Of a stretch of 64,000 nucleotides of DNA, positions 30,573 to 42,545 are shown in pieces. The stretch is from Histomonas meleagridis 2922-C6/04-290x. Taxonomy: Eukaryota > Protista > Parabasalia. The position numbers and the translations under genes were made by a program. The stretch spans positions 62,001-126,000 of the forward strand of contig JAANOX010000046.1 of NCBI GenBank assembly GCA_020184695.1, in the 5' to 3' direction. The notes under the pieces were generated by a model, which did not search any database, was not told the DNA's origin, and saw only the letters and a list, made by a program, of their open reading frames with translations. How positions within the stretch are numbered: position 1 is the stretch's first letter; every line of letters begins with the position of its first letter.

Positions 30573-33500
30573 ATGAATCCATTGCGCGAAATCATTACCA
30601 ACTTCGATAAAAAAATTAATCTTCTTCAAATTCAGGAAAATGAAGACCTGGGTGAGATTCTAGAGCAACTATTAATGGAAACTTTTAAAAAAGAAATGAC
30701 TTTTTTAAAGTATTTAAGTAAAACCCGAATTAATGATATTCTTAACCAATTTCTTGATGAATTAGATAATATACTTAAAACGCCAAATATTAAAGATTTA
30801 AAAATTCATGCCATACTTAAAATATCTTTATATTATAAAATATTATCAATCTGTTGTAATCAAATCCCTAATGAAGTTGAAGAAATACAAGATATTGTAA
30901 TATGTCAAGCAATAATTAAGCAATCGTTAATTATTTATTCAAATGATTTTTCGGGTAATAATTATAATATTGTTAGGAAGAATTTTCAATATTTCTTAAC
31001 TTCTGTTGGTGATCATTCATCAATTTTATTTGAATGTATTACAGATGACTTAATAACATCATTATCTTCAAAATCTTTTGGTTTGCATCTTAATATATTA
31101 GCAAAGTCTATCGGGAAAATATCCAGAATTTCAAAAATAATTAATGTATTTACTTCTTTACAATTACATTCTATTAACAAGCAAAATAGAATCATTATTT
31201 GTAAAACATTAAGAAACTCTATAATTTCAATATGTAAAGCTGATGTTTTGGGATTTATTTCATTTCTAGATCAAAAACAAGATATAACGAAAGCATCATT
31301 AATATTCTCACAAATAGAAGAATGGTCAAAGTCCAATAAAAACATTAAAGGAGCATATTTGTCTACTCAATTAGCTTTACTTATCCTTCAACCATTAAAA
31401 CTTATTAATTCTAAAGAAATCCATAAAATAGCTTTCTTAAATAAATTTATTGGCATTAAAGATTTAAAAGGAAGTTCAAAAAATGCTATTATAAAGACTA
31501 TTTTATATGGATTTGTCTTTCTTGCAGAATCAAATAATCATCACTTAATTAATTCTGTTATGGATTTTATTTATACACCAAATAGTATGTTTTTATTTCA
31601 ACAAAAAAAGTTTTTTAATGACCATATTGATGCAAATTTTGCTAATGGTATTTTAATGCTTGATAAAAAAGGATTCTTTGATACATATCTTCCATCTATT
31701 CTAAACTCTAAAAACTATTCGTTTATTTCAAAGATAATACAAAAAAACTGTTATCATTTTTCTAAAATTGGAAATACACCAATGTTATCATATTCAAATG
31801 CTGAAATATTAAAAGGATTTATTCCATTGTTTATAACTATATTTGAGAAAGCACATAATGATACTCAGTATAATTCATATATAACTCCAATTCTTAAAGG
31901 GTTCATTAAATATCCTTCGTGTTTTAGATGTATTATTTTAAATTGTGAAAGTTTTTTGCGTGTTTATTTGGATTTTATTTCATCATCTCAAGATTATTTA
32001 TGGCAAAAGCAACTTCTTGGGTTTTTTGATAATTCATTTATTGAAACTACTGAACATAGTCCTCAGTTTTGGAATGCTACAAAAGAAATAATTAATTTTT
32101 TATTAAATTATTATTCTACGGAAATAATATATGAGCCATTACCAAATCATGGTGTTGAAAAGTTATTTTTAGCAGCAACAAACTTTATTCATTTATTCTT
32201 TCAAATGCCAAATTCTAAAATTATACCTAAATCAAACCTTCAATATATTTATGATATAGTATTTAATTTGGAAGCAATTTCATTAATATTTTTTGCTTCT
32301 TCATCAAGATATCTCTTAAGTGTTGCAAGAATTATTATATCAAATCTTGTTGAAGTTGTTGATACTGTACTTTCTGAATTAGCATTTAATGTTGAAGTTT
32401 ATCAATCATTAATAACTGAAACTAGAAATATTCCACATTTAACAACAGGTCATATTTGTATTAAAAATGCTTTAAGAGTTTTGCCTTTTGCTTCACCAGG
32501 AGTAGAAATTGCTTATGAAATATTATTTCAATATGTTCAAGTGATTATTTCAAACCTTGATCCTAATATTGATGTACCGAAAACAGACAAAGTTTTATCT
32601 TTAACAAAAACACAACTTGAAGAAGCATTTATTGGTGTTTCATCTGTCTTATATTCATTAGCTTCTGAAAATAAAGCAAGATTATATATATTATCACAAA
32701 AATTATTAGGATGTCAAGATGATTTAGGTATTTATGCAGTTGCTGTAATTCCTTCATCTTTACATATTCATCATCTTATGCATTTTATTACATTTTTAAA
32801 AACTATGATGGCTTCGATGGAAAATGATCAAGGAATGATTGAACAAACACCAAAAGCATTAACAACAATTAAGAATTGTATGAAAGCATTTATTGAAATA
32901 GTTAAACAAAATTTTTGGGAACAACAAATGATATCATTAAGAATATTTTCAGAGATTACATTAGAATTTGTTGCTTTTTGTGATTTAGTTCCTGGCCAAG
33001 AATTTAGACTTTTATGTTCGAAATGTTTAATTGCTTTAAACAAACTTCTTAACAATTATAATTTAAGTTTATTAGCAACTGATCGGAATACAATTTCTAA
33101 AACATTAATTGGTTGGTTAAATGTTAATGCAACAAAAAGTTTATCATCATTAGTTATAATAGCACTTGCTTCAATGATTGATAATTTAAACTTTTTCGAA
33201 TGTGTTGATACTTCATTACCTAAAACACCTAAAGAACAAGCATCATCACTTTTTATGTTCTATTTTGTTGCTATTAAATCTCAACTTGATAGTATTGATG
33301 ATGATTCATTTATTGAAATTGTGCCTGTTTTAGCAGGTTTATTAAAGCAAAATTTAGAAATCGGTATGGAACATTGTTTATCTATGGGATTTACTGAGAA
33401 GGATCGAGTTCGAACTGTATTTATGAGTGCTTTAGCCTCAGTTTTTAAAGTACCTGAAGCAAAAGTTGTTGATGCAGGTAAATTCCAAAAGCAAACACTT

Positions 33501-36500
33501 ATTGATATTCTTTTTGAAGGTGATTTAGAATTAATTGAGTATTTATCCGGTATAATTTCTTATTCACGTGCAGAAATATTTGGTAATGCACTTATGAATG
33601 CAGCTATATATTTAAAATGTGAGCATAAACTTCTTGAAAAAATGATTCAAATTGAATTAAAATCAATTGATGAATCAACTAAAACAACATTATTTAGAGG
33701 AAATTCAGTTCCTTCTAGAGTTGTAGGTCAATATCCTCGTTTAGTAGGTACAAAATGGATGATAAATTTATTACGTCCAATATTTACAAATGTTATAAAC
33801 AAATGTAAAGAAAATAAAACACAATTTATTATTGAACATAATAAAATAGGACCAAATGATAATATTGAAGAAAATCGTCAAAATTTTAGAGATTTAATAA
33901 ATGATACTATTGATAAAATTTATCATGCAAGTTTAGAAATGCCGGATGGAATTAAAAAAGAAATGCAATTAATATATCAAAATGTACATGAAAAATATGG
34001 CGATTTTGCATATCAAATTTTGAATGGATTTTTCTTTTTAAGATTTTTACTTCCGACATTTACATTACCAAAATTAATTGGATTACCTGAAGTTTTACCA
34101 GATTCACCTCGACTTACATTATTACAAATGTCATCATTTTTAATGACAACAACTTTAAAAAGAAATTTAGATGATAAAGGTCCTGATTATTATGTTTTTA
34201 ATGATATTGTTGATAGAGGCCATACATTATTTTATCAAATGTTTAAAGAAATTATTGAAAATAAAATTGATGCTCCTTATCCACCTCTCTTGATAAATGA
34301 AATAACAACACAAAAAACACTTCATGCTGAAATTTGGCCAATTCAACAACAACTTTTAAACATTGTAATGAAAAATAGTGAAGAGACAACATTATGTAAT
34401 AGTATTGAAAATTTGGTTAATAAATTACAATCAATGGGACAACCAAAAGCTCCAGTTCGTCCACGTTGTGCAACTATTTCTAATGTTAGAGAAGATGTAT
34501 CATCAAAACTTGGAAATTTATTAAATTTAAAATTTTCAGAAGAACAACTTCAACAAATTAATGGTTTTATTGTACATGAAGGTCATACTGCTATTGATGG
34601 ATCAGCTATAATTTATTTGTTTACCAATAAACTTGGAATGATAACAGATCCTACAATTGTTTCATATATAATAATGAAAACATTAAATGATGAACCAAAT
34701 TCTAAAGTAACTTTTGTTGTATTTTTAGATTCATTTGATGAAACTAAACTACCAACTTCTCAAATGATAAAGAAATTAATAGCAATGAAACCAGCAATTA
34801 AAATTTCACGTTATTTATTCTTTGAACCAAATTATGCATTTTCTAATTTTGTTTCTCGAAATCAATCATTATTTGATAAGACAGCAAGATTTATTTTTGT
34901 TAAGGATTTAAATGATTTTAATGCTTATTTAGGTCCACCATCTGAAATTATACCTGAATCAACATTAGAATCATTAACCAAACCTGATTCAGTTCATGCA
35001 GCAATTGTTAATGGTAAGAAAACGCAAGTTCAACTTCATCAAAGATCAATACAATTAGTAGGTGAAATAGATAAATATAAAACATTTGAATTCGCTCCAA
35101 TATCAGTTATAATGGCACGAAATATTGATAAATATACTCGTCCACATCCATGTAATTTAAAGCCAAATTATGAAGAATTTATTATTGGTACAAATACAAA
35201 ACAATTATATACTTTTATCCAACCTATTAATTCTACTTTATATGAAGCCATTTTTTTGGTAGCTCAAAGAAGTCAAACTTTTGATAACCTTAAAGGTAAA
35301 ATTAAAATCGATTCTTCTACTTTGCAATGGTTTATGTTAATTTTAACATTTGTAAATTTAGTTGATGAACATTCATCATCAGTTTTAAAGAAAGCTTCAA
35401 TTGATTTAGCTTATGCTGTTTATTCTTCATTTACATTTAAACGTAAATTAAAAATAATCAAAACAACACCTGAATCATTATCAGAAGATCTTTTTGGTTA
35501 TGTAAAAAGAATTGCAGAAGATTTAGCAGAGAATAATCCTGAATCATATTATGAATTTATTAATGAATATCTTAATACTTATAAATATTTAGAAGAAAGA
35601 GTAAAAACCAATTCATTGATATTTTTAAAGCCATGGCTGAAATATTATGTAAATGATATAGAAGCACACCCTGAAATAATAGAAAAAATTATTGAAATTT
35701 ATAAATCTCTTCCAAAAATTACATCCTTCATTAATAATATTTGGATTGATTTCCTTTCGAATAAAAAAGCTTTAGAGTTACTTATGAGATATATATTTAA
35801 GAAATGTGATAATGGTTTGATTCAAATTGTTTTATATTTAGCTTCATTTAATAAAGAAAATGTTTCGGATATTTGGGTAAATACTTTAATGAAAGAATGT
35901 TATGATACTAATAATGAATCAATAATTTTTGTTGGTGAAGTTATTTCGACTTTATTAATTTCACATCTTTTTGATATGAAATCTTCAATGACAAACTTAG
36001 TATATTATACTGTTAATTTACGATTTAAATTACCGAAAATAATATTATTAAATCTTCTTGATATGTTCTTCAATATGCTTCACATGTTAATATTAACAAA
36101 TAATCGATTTTATTATATGGAATATTCAGACATTTGTTCGGCATTTTATACTGATGGTGAAAATTTACGTAAATTACTTGAATCTTATCATCGCAAAAGT
36201 AATAATTATAAATTTATTCAACAATCACATGTGTTAGAAAATGCATTACATAATATTATATCTCTTGATTCAGTTTTAGCAACTGAATTATTCCATAAGT
36301 TCTTTTATGATATGGATAATACAGATGATATAATTCAAGTTTTAAGTTCTCTTTTACAAGCAGCTGCTTTTTCTAAATTAAATACTAATGACTTTATAAA
36401 GAAATCGATTTATGTAATTAAAAAAACTAATGATAAAGTAATTATTTCATATGCATGTGAATCATTTATAATGATAATGAATGAAGTTTCTCTTGAACAA

Positions 36501-37166
36501 GCATCAAAATTATTTTATTTTGGAATCATATCAACATTTTATATCAAAAAATCGATTGCTATAAATTTATCATTAATTGCATATTCTAAATTTAAAGATT
36601 ATAATAAGTTATCTATGTATATGGATAAAAATGTCATAGAAAAAATTCAAAATTGTTTATCTATTTCATTGGATAAAGAGCCTATTTTAATATTGTTAAT
36701 ATTATTTTCTATGTTTTATCATACAGATGATATAGAAAAATATCTGAAAAATATTTTACCGGATCAAAATATGAATTTACTTGAAAAAGTAATTTCATTA
36801 ATGTATAAAAATGAATTAGATGATGATATTAGTTTTGATTTTGGGGAATTAAGTGGTACTGTAGCAACTGTTTTGGTTTTAATTGTTAAATCAATACCAA
36901 AATCTGCTTTATTGGAGTATTTAATCAAATGGATTAAAAAAGATCCAAGTGCTTTTAGATGTTTTAATATATTAAAGATAAAATATGGGGCAAAAATTCT
37001 TTCTTGTACTTATAATCCATATTTCGCTTCTCTTTTGATTTTGGCACAAGAAAGTGATGAATGTAATTATGTTTTGGATCCATTAATGGAAAAATTTATT
37101 AAAGGCAAAGATATTGATATTGATTTAAATCAATTTTTAAGCATTATGAATCAAATTTTCCCATAA
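30573..37166 (+). CDS. Neurofibromin-like RasGAP (RasGAP plus Sec14/PH-like region)
   Basis: 2197 aa; RasGAP motifs TLFRGNS and GFFFLRFLLP followed by a CRAL-TRIO-like segment; long HEAT-like flanks as in NF1/Ira. Confidence 0.75.
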   Translation: MNPLREIITNFDKKINLLQIQENEDLGEILEQLLMETFKKEMTFLKYLSKTRINDILNQFLDELDNILKTPNIKDLKIHAILKISLYYKILSICCNQIPNEVEEIQDIVICQAIIKQSLIIYSNDFSGNNYNIVRKNFQYFLTSVGDHSSILFECITDDLITSLSSKSFGLHLNILAKSIGKISRISKIINVFTSLQLHSINKQNRIIICKTLRNSIISICKADVLGFISFLDQKQDITKASLIFSQIEEWSKSNKNIKGAYLSTQLALLILQPLKLINSKEIHKIAFLNKFIGIKDLKGSSKNAIIKTILYGFVFLAESNNHHLINSVMDFIYTPNSMFLFQQKKFFNDHIDANFANGILMLDKKGFFDTYLPSILNSKNYSFISKIIQKNCYHFSKIGNTPMLSYSNAEILKGFIPLFITIFEKAHNDTQYNSYITPILKGFIKYPSCFRCIILNCESFLRVYLDFISSSQDYLWQKQLLGFFDNSFIETTEHSPQFWNATKEIINFLLNYYSTEIIYEPLPNHGVEKLFLAATNFIHLFFQMPNSKIIPKSNLQYIYDIVFNLEAISLIFFASSSRYLLSVARIIISNLVEVVDTVLSELAFNVEVYQSLITETRNIPHLTTGHICIKNALRVLPFASPGVEIAYEILFQYVQVIISNLDPNIDVPKTDKVLSLTKTQLEEAFIGVSSVLYSLASENKARLYILSQKLLGCQDDLGIYAVAVIPSSLHIHHLMHFITFLKTMMASMENDQGMIEQTPKALTTIKNCMKAFIEIVKQNFWEQQMISLRIFSEITLEFVAFCDLVPGQEFRLLCSKCLIALNKLLNNYNLSLLATDRNTISKTLIGWLNVNATKSLSSLVIIALASMIDNLNFFECVDTSLPKTPKEQASSLFMFYFVAIKSQLDSIDDDSFIEIVPVLAGLLKQNLEIGMEHCLSMGFTEKDRVRTVFMSALASVFKVPEAKVVDAGKFQKQTLIDILFEGDLELIEYLSGIISYSRAEIFGNALMNAAIYLKCEHKLLEKMIQIELKSIDESTKTTLFRGNSVPSRVVGQYPRLVGTKWMINLLRPIFTNVINKCKENKTQFIIEHNKIGPNDNIEENRQNFRDLINDTIDKIYHASLEMPDGIKKEMQLIYQNVHEKYGDFAYQILNGFFFLRFLLPTFTLPKLIGLPEVLPDSPRLTLLQMSSFLMTTTLKRNLDDKGPDYYVFNDIVDRGHTLFYQMFKEIIENKIDAPYPPLLINEITTQKTLHAEIWPIQQQLLNIVMKNSEETTLCNSIENLVNKLQSMGQPKAPVRPRCATISNVREDVSSKLGNLLNLKFSEEQLQQINGFIVHEGHTAIDGSAIIYLFTNKLGMITDPTIVSYIIMKTLNDEPNSKVTFVVFLDSFDETKLPTSQMIKKLIAMKPAIKISRYLFFEPNYAFSNFVSRNQSLFDKTARFIFVKDLNDFNAYLGPPSEIIPESTLESLTKPDSVHAAIVNGKKTQVQLHQRSIQLVGEIDKYKTFEFAPISVIMARNIDKYTRPHPCNLKPNYEEFIIGTNTKQLYTFIQPINSTLYEAIFLVAQRSQTFDNLKGKIKIDSSTLQWFMLILTFVNLVDEHSSSVLKKASIDLAYAVYSSFTFKRKLKIIKTTPESLSEDLFGYVKRIAEDLAENNPESYYEFINEYLNTYKYLEERVKTNSLIFLKPWLKYYVNDIEAHPEIIEKIIEIYKSLPKITSFINNIWIDFLSNKKALELLMRYIFKKCDNGLIQIVLYLASFNKENVSDIWVNTLMKECYDTNNESIIFVGEVISTLLISHLFDMKSSMTNLVYYTVNLRFKLPKIILLNLLDMFFNMLHMLILTNNRFYYMEYSDICSAFYTDGENLRKLLESYHRKSNNYKFIQQSHVLENALHNIISLDSVLATELFHKFFYDMDNTDDIIQVLSSLLQAAAFSKLNTNDFIKKSIYVIKKTNDKVIISYACESFIMIMNEVSLEQASKLFYFGIISTFYIKKSIAINLSLIAYSKFKDYNKLSMYMDKNVIEKIQNCLSISLDKEPILILLILFSMFYHTDDIEKYLKNILPDQNMNLLEKVISLMYKNELDDDISFDFGELSGTVATVLVLIVKSIPKSALLEYLIKWIKKDPSAFRCFNILKIKYGAKILSCTYNPYFASLLILAQESDECNYVLDPLMEKFIKGKDIDIDLNQFLSIMNQIFP

Positions 37167-37339
37167 CATTGTAATATATCACATGTTTTTTAAAATAATC
37201 TTAATAATTAATTCTAAATAAATTTGTTTATTATAATTTTTTACAAACATCTTCAAATCACAATTACGTAATTGAATAATTTCCAAAAATTAATTTGATG
37301 ACCAAAATTATCAAAATTTATAAATAAAATAAATAAATA

Positions 37340-38167
37340 TCAAAATCCTTTTATTGATACTTTTTTTTCAAGTAATTTAACGATTTTCATATCATTAGAA
37401 TTAATTGCATGGATAAGTGCTGTTTTAAATATTTCGAATAATTTCCAAATATCTTTAAAAAACATCAAATTAATGAATTATATTTTAAATAAAGCAAATC
37501 AATATCCTCAGCATTGAAATCAATTCCTTTTTGTTCAATAAGTAACTTAATTATTTCTATATGTCTCCATTTAATTGCCCACATAAGTGCTGTATAAAAT
37601 AAATTAAAGAATTTCCAAATATATATTTCAATTATTAAATTATTTAAAATAACTTTAAAGAGAATATTTAAAATTCTTGAACATTAATATCAATTTTTTC
37701 ATGTTTTAAAAGTAATTTAACTATTTCAACATCGTTATATGAAGATGCATACATAAGAGCTGTTGCTTATATGATAAATAATCACCAAATATAAATATGA
37801 AATTCCAAATCATTAAACTAAACTTTAAACAAAATAAATAAATATCTTTCGCATTGATATCTATTCCTCTTTTTTCAAGAAGTAATTTGGTAATTTCGGG
37901 AAAATTTTTTACAGATGAAAATATGAGTGCTGTCCAAAATAATTTGAACGATTTCCAAACATTATTTTAAAACATAAAATTATTAAAATGAATATTATTT
38001 AAAACAAATAAACATTTTTACAATTTATGTTAATTTTTTCTTGTTTAATTAGTAACTTAGCTATTTCAACTTTATCATTTTTCATTGCCAACAAAAGAGG
38101 TGTATCAAATAATGTGAAAAAACGCCAAATTTTATTTTGAAACATAATATTTTTTTAAATAAATTTC
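37340..38167 (-). repeat. 170-nt-period ankyrin module/spacer array, locus 3 (5 modules)
   Basis: Anchors at 38097, 37927, 37757, 37587, 37417 (all 170 apart): DTPLLLAMKND.., WTALIFSSVKN.., ATALMYASSYN.., YTALMWAIKWR.., KTALIHAINSNDMKIVKLLEKKVSIKGF*; the first spacer is 61 nt. Confidence 0.9.
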
Positions 38168-39364
38168 ATCTTTAATGTTAATATCAAATTCTTTCCTTTC
38201 GAGAAGTATTTTAACAACATCAATATAACCATTTTTACATGCATTCGCAAGATCTGTTTTAGATACTTTTAAGAACATATTGTCGAAAAGATAGTCAAAA
38301 AGTTCTTTATTTCCAAAAAATGATTTTATTTTACATAAATCAATTGAAATTGGTTTTTTCTCAAGAAGATACATAGTAATAAATAAATTACCTGTTTCTA
38401 TTGCAGTATTCATGATGGAAACATTGGTGTTTAGTCCTTCTTGAATTAAAAACGAAAATATTTCATAATTATTATATAAAATACATATAATTCCTAATTC
38501 AGTTAGACCATTAATTTCTTCTAATTTGTTTTCATAAAGATATTTAAAGATATCATTATTATGAAATTTAATTGCTGTTTCATATGTTTTATAAAACGAT
38601 GAATGATTTTGTTCGCATAGATGAATGATTTCTTCATTCCCGCCTGCTATTGCAAATTTACCTGTGTTATATATATCTGCACCATTCATAAGTAAATATT
38701 TAAAACATTTAACTGATCCGAAAAATGCTGCATAATCAATTAATGAAACATTTTCTTTGTTAACAAATGAATGTTTTTCATAAAGTGATGGTTCAATTTT
38801 TTGATCAAAATCAAAATAACTATGTGATGATATTTCTTGAAGTTTTCCTATTTCATCATTTCGAATGATTTTTGTAATTTCATTTGGATTATGTCCTTCT
38901 TTAATTAACTTCTTGTGAAGTTCATAATCATTCTGTGAAAGTTCGTCAGAAATAAAATTATTGGAAAACTGATCAGATTTATTTTTATTTGATATGTTTT
39001 CACAAATTGTTGGATCTATAATTTCATTTTCTATCATTTTTTCTATCAGATAATTTGATTCTTGCTTTTTGCTTATATTAAGAAGAATCTGTATGAATTG
39101 TAAATTAATTTTTTCTTTAGTTTTAAGTTCTTTTAGAAAAACGAAAAATGCTTCAACATTATCTTGTGATAAAAAATATGAATATAAAAGGTTACATGTT
39201 ATTAAAGTAAATGAATATGAGTATTTTTCATCAAAATAACTTAAGTAAGATTCAATTGATTCATTAATATTATTCAAATTTAAACCAAAAATAACTTGCT
39301 CCATAAGTTGCAACATTTGAAGGCTATTATTACTTTCTTCCGTTTGGCTTTGATTTCCTCCCAT
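38132..39364 (-). CDS. DUF3447-type ankyrin-repeat protein, N-terminal ORF of ankyrin locus 3
   Basis: 410 aa; SLIDYAAFFGSVKCFKYLLMNGA motif; stops inside the first spacer; MG start could be myristoylated. Confidence 0.85.
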   Translation of the reverse strand: MGGNQSQTEESNNSLQMLQLMEQVIFGLNLNNINESIESYLSYFDEKYSYSFTLITCNLLYSYFLSQDNVEAFFVFLKELKTKEKINLQFIQILLNISKKQESNYLIEKMIENEIIDPTICENISNKNKSDQFSNNFISDELSQNDYELHKKLIKEGHNPNEITKIIRNDEIGKLQEISSHSYFDFDQKIEPSLYEKHSFVNKENVSLIDYAAFFGSVKCFKYLLMNGADIYNTGKFAIAGGNEEIIHLCEQNHSSFYKTYETAIKFHNNDIFKYLYENKLEEINGLTELGIICILYNNYEIFSFLIQEGLNTNVSIMNTAIETGNLFITMYLLEKKPISIDLCKIKSFFGNKELFDYLFDNMFLKVSKTDLANACKNGYIDVVKILLERKEFDINIKDEIYLKKYYVSK

Positions 39365-39532
39365 TAAAAAATTAGTCTATCGCAAAACTATTTTTTAAAT
39401 TAAATCTCTATCGTTCATCTGATTTTAAACGGTCGTCTGAAGGAATCTGTAAAAGAAAGTTCAAAAAAATGTTAATTTAATTATAATTAAAGATTAAAAA
39501 ATAAAAAATAGTATTACACTAAGTATTTTATT

Positions 39533-39934
39533 TTATGGAATTTCGTTTAACAATGAAGATATATTCAAAATATCAAAACAAGAATTATAATTATAGTTTT
39601 GCTGATATGAAATCCCCGGAAACATAAAATGAGTCTGTTCAATTGATGGGCTAGTTGTACTAGGTTGTATTGGTACAAATGATTGTATGTAATTTGGATC
39701 GCTACTAATAGGACTGAGATTTGGAAAAGGAAATTGGCAAACACCTAGCTGATAAGGAGGTGTGCTTGGATTTCCCAGTGGATCATCTATTAAACCTTGG
39801 TTACTAATTTCATCCAAAATTTCCAACGCTCTAGGAGTAAATTTTCCATTGTTGAAATCTAAAACGTATGTTGTTCCACGCGGAGTGAATGTAATTCTGT
39901 GATTTTGTTTAAATCCTGTTGGTCTTCTTCCCAT
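39533..39934 (-). CDS. Small hypothetical protein
   Basis: 133-aa ORF with coding-like composition and higher GC than the flanks. Confidence 0.55.
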   Translation of the reverse strand: MGRRPTGFKQNHRITFTPRGTTYVLDFNNGKFTPRALEILDEISNQGLIDDPLGNPSTPPYQLGVCQFPFPNLSPISSDPNYIQSFVPIQPSTTSPSIEQTHFMFPGISYQQNYNYNSCFDILNISSLLNEIP

Positions 39935-42423
39935 GAAAAAAATGCTATTTTGGCATAAATTTTTAGAACAGCCAAAGATTTTGTCAATCGGGAGTTATTG
40001 ATTCAATTTTTCTGATTAATCTGAATAACCTTTTCAAAAATCCTGATACCATAAAAAAACGGTGGAAAAGTTGACGTTCTAAACTTTAAAATTTGAATTC
40101 ATCGTAATAATTATTGCTGGCACATTTTCTGTTACAGAAAAACTTTTAATTAATGTATATTTCATTCACCAAATCGTGTTAATAAACTCGAACGACGTAA
40201 TCAATTTAAAAAATTTATTATCACTATTAAGTAGTACTCGATCGAAATTTGATATCATTTAAAATCTCAAAACCTACTAATAAAGTTTATAGTATTACAC
40301 CTGACATTATTGATGATATTCCTGCCTACTCTTATGCAGGAGATTTTGTCGAAAACAGATTTTTTTAATATTGCTGATCATGGTCCAACAACAAAAGGCA
40401 ACAAAATTTATGCACTGAATGTTCACTTTACTTCTCATATCAGTCAAAATGATGAAAATGCTTTATTTCGAATTAGAATTAATTCTGATAGTAATTATAA
40501 TTTCTATCTAATTCACCAAATGGTATATGTATAAAATTGATTTTCGAAAATTTAGGAACATTTATTAGAATGCTATCAAGATAAAGTAGTCTAATTGTGG
40601 TTAAACATTTAATGCATTTGCGATTAAGAATCAATTTTAAACATCGCAAAGCACAACACTTTTCATAAAGTGCCATAGGTCGGTAGTATCTGATGTTTAA
40701 ACTTGTTACTTTTTAAGATATCCACTTTTCGATTATTTCATTGGAATAATTTTCGCTTCGCTCAAAAAGTGTTTTGACATAATGCTAATATCTAAAATCT
40801 TATATTATAAAATCAAATACAATTATCATCCCCATATCAAACGAACTAAATTTATATGAATTTTGGAAGTCAAATAAAATTGCATTTATATAACCAGGTA
40901 ATGATGCTTAAGTGAATCTAATTTTCCGATTTTTATATTTTTTATGCATTTTGAGTTCTACTTATAGTGCATGTTTATTTAGATGTTAAAAGTTTAAACT
41001 AAGTTTCGAAAAAAATATACCAATTATCATTCTCACTAAATTTTTATATTCTTCATAATTATTATTAAGAAATTATTTATAGAAAATAGTTTGGAAATTA
41101 TTCACGAGACATCTTCGTTTTATTAATTTTTATTTGAATGTTATCGTCAATTACGATAAAACAAATTTGAATGCATGTCTGTCACTTTTTTATCAGGATA
41201 ATATCATCGATGATATTTAGATCGATCTAATGTTGAATAACAATTGCGGTTTCATCATCATCGATGACGAAAAACGGCAAACGATACGTCATCGCCGATC
41301 AACTTGCCAATTAATACTATATATTAAACTCGACTTGCGATTTCCACCCATCGTATATAGCGATCATCCTACGATCTTGATATCATAAATATATAACATA
41401 TATACATAGTTACATCTATGATCAATAAAAAACTAAGAATAATATCATAATTAGCACGAGATAAATTTATTCTTTCATTCCAAAAAGTGACAAAAATCGT
41501 CTTTTGCATGGTTTATATCAAACGATAGCAGTAACGATAAGTGACGATAGAAGCGAACTTGAATGATGGTAAATATTATCAAATTTTTACCCTTTTCTCG
41601 AAAAGATACGTTATTAATTTACATCATTGTAATTTGTCAACAGCCAAATTAAATGATTCTTGGTTTATTAAAAAATAAAAATATTGATATTTTATCATAG
41701 AATCGTGATTTGTTATTTATTCCAAATAATTATATGATATCTTGATTTTCTTGAATTTATGAATTTATTGAAAAAATGAATGATGTGATAATTTTCGTAA
41801 TACCTTGATGATGTACTTATTCAACCTGATTAATAATTTATAAATTATTATAAACAACAATAAAAATGTTTCTGTGTAGATACACATTCTTGAAATATCT
41901 TAGAACGAACGATACATTTTTTTCTGAAAAAACGATTATTCATCATTGAATTTATTTGATGATTTTTTTTTTTAATTTTTGTATTAGCAAAATGTCCGAT
42001 TTTATTTAATGAATCTCTATACAAATGCAATTTGCACATTATCTTTAAAATACTGACTTGAGATGCATTTATTGATTCCTTTTATCTCGTATTACTCATG
42101 TGCTTTCAAATTTTAAATATATTACATTTTTCAATTTATTTGACATTCTATGTAATGATGTTGATTTCTCTATTTTTCTGAATATGATTCAATACCACGG
42201 TTTCTTTGGCAAGCTTTATTCTGAAATTGTCTTTGAGCACGATACGAGCTGATTGAGTGATTTTTATACGTCCACTCATTCAAATTTGACTTCGAACCAA
42301 TTGAACATGTATAATGATATCAATAACTTAGAATCGGATTATAATCGTATATGGCGTTCATCATACGATCTTGATATTATAGATATTATATATAATATAT
42401 AAATACATAGTTGCATCTATAAC

Positions 42424-42545
42424 ATCTTTATCGAACGAACAATTTTTTTTTTCTTGAATATTTTTAAATTTATTTTTATCTTCCTAAAATTCATTTAAAA
42501 GCCTAAATATTTTTCATAATTTATTTTGTAAAATCAATTTATCAA
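42424..42545. repeat. Left arm of a ~121-bp inverted repeat flanking ankyrin locus 4
   Basis: Reverse complement matches 45828-45948 with 2 substitutions and 1 indel. Confidence 0.9.

Noticed and set aside
40310-42039. Small ORFs 40310-40534, 40479-40676 and 41848-42039
   Set aside because: Short, no recognisable motifs, and composition like AT-rich non-coding DNA.
42288-42298. GGTTCGAAGTC (minus strand) resembling a tRNA T-loop or Pol III B-box
   Set aside because: Imperfect match, and no cloverleaf or A-box nearby.
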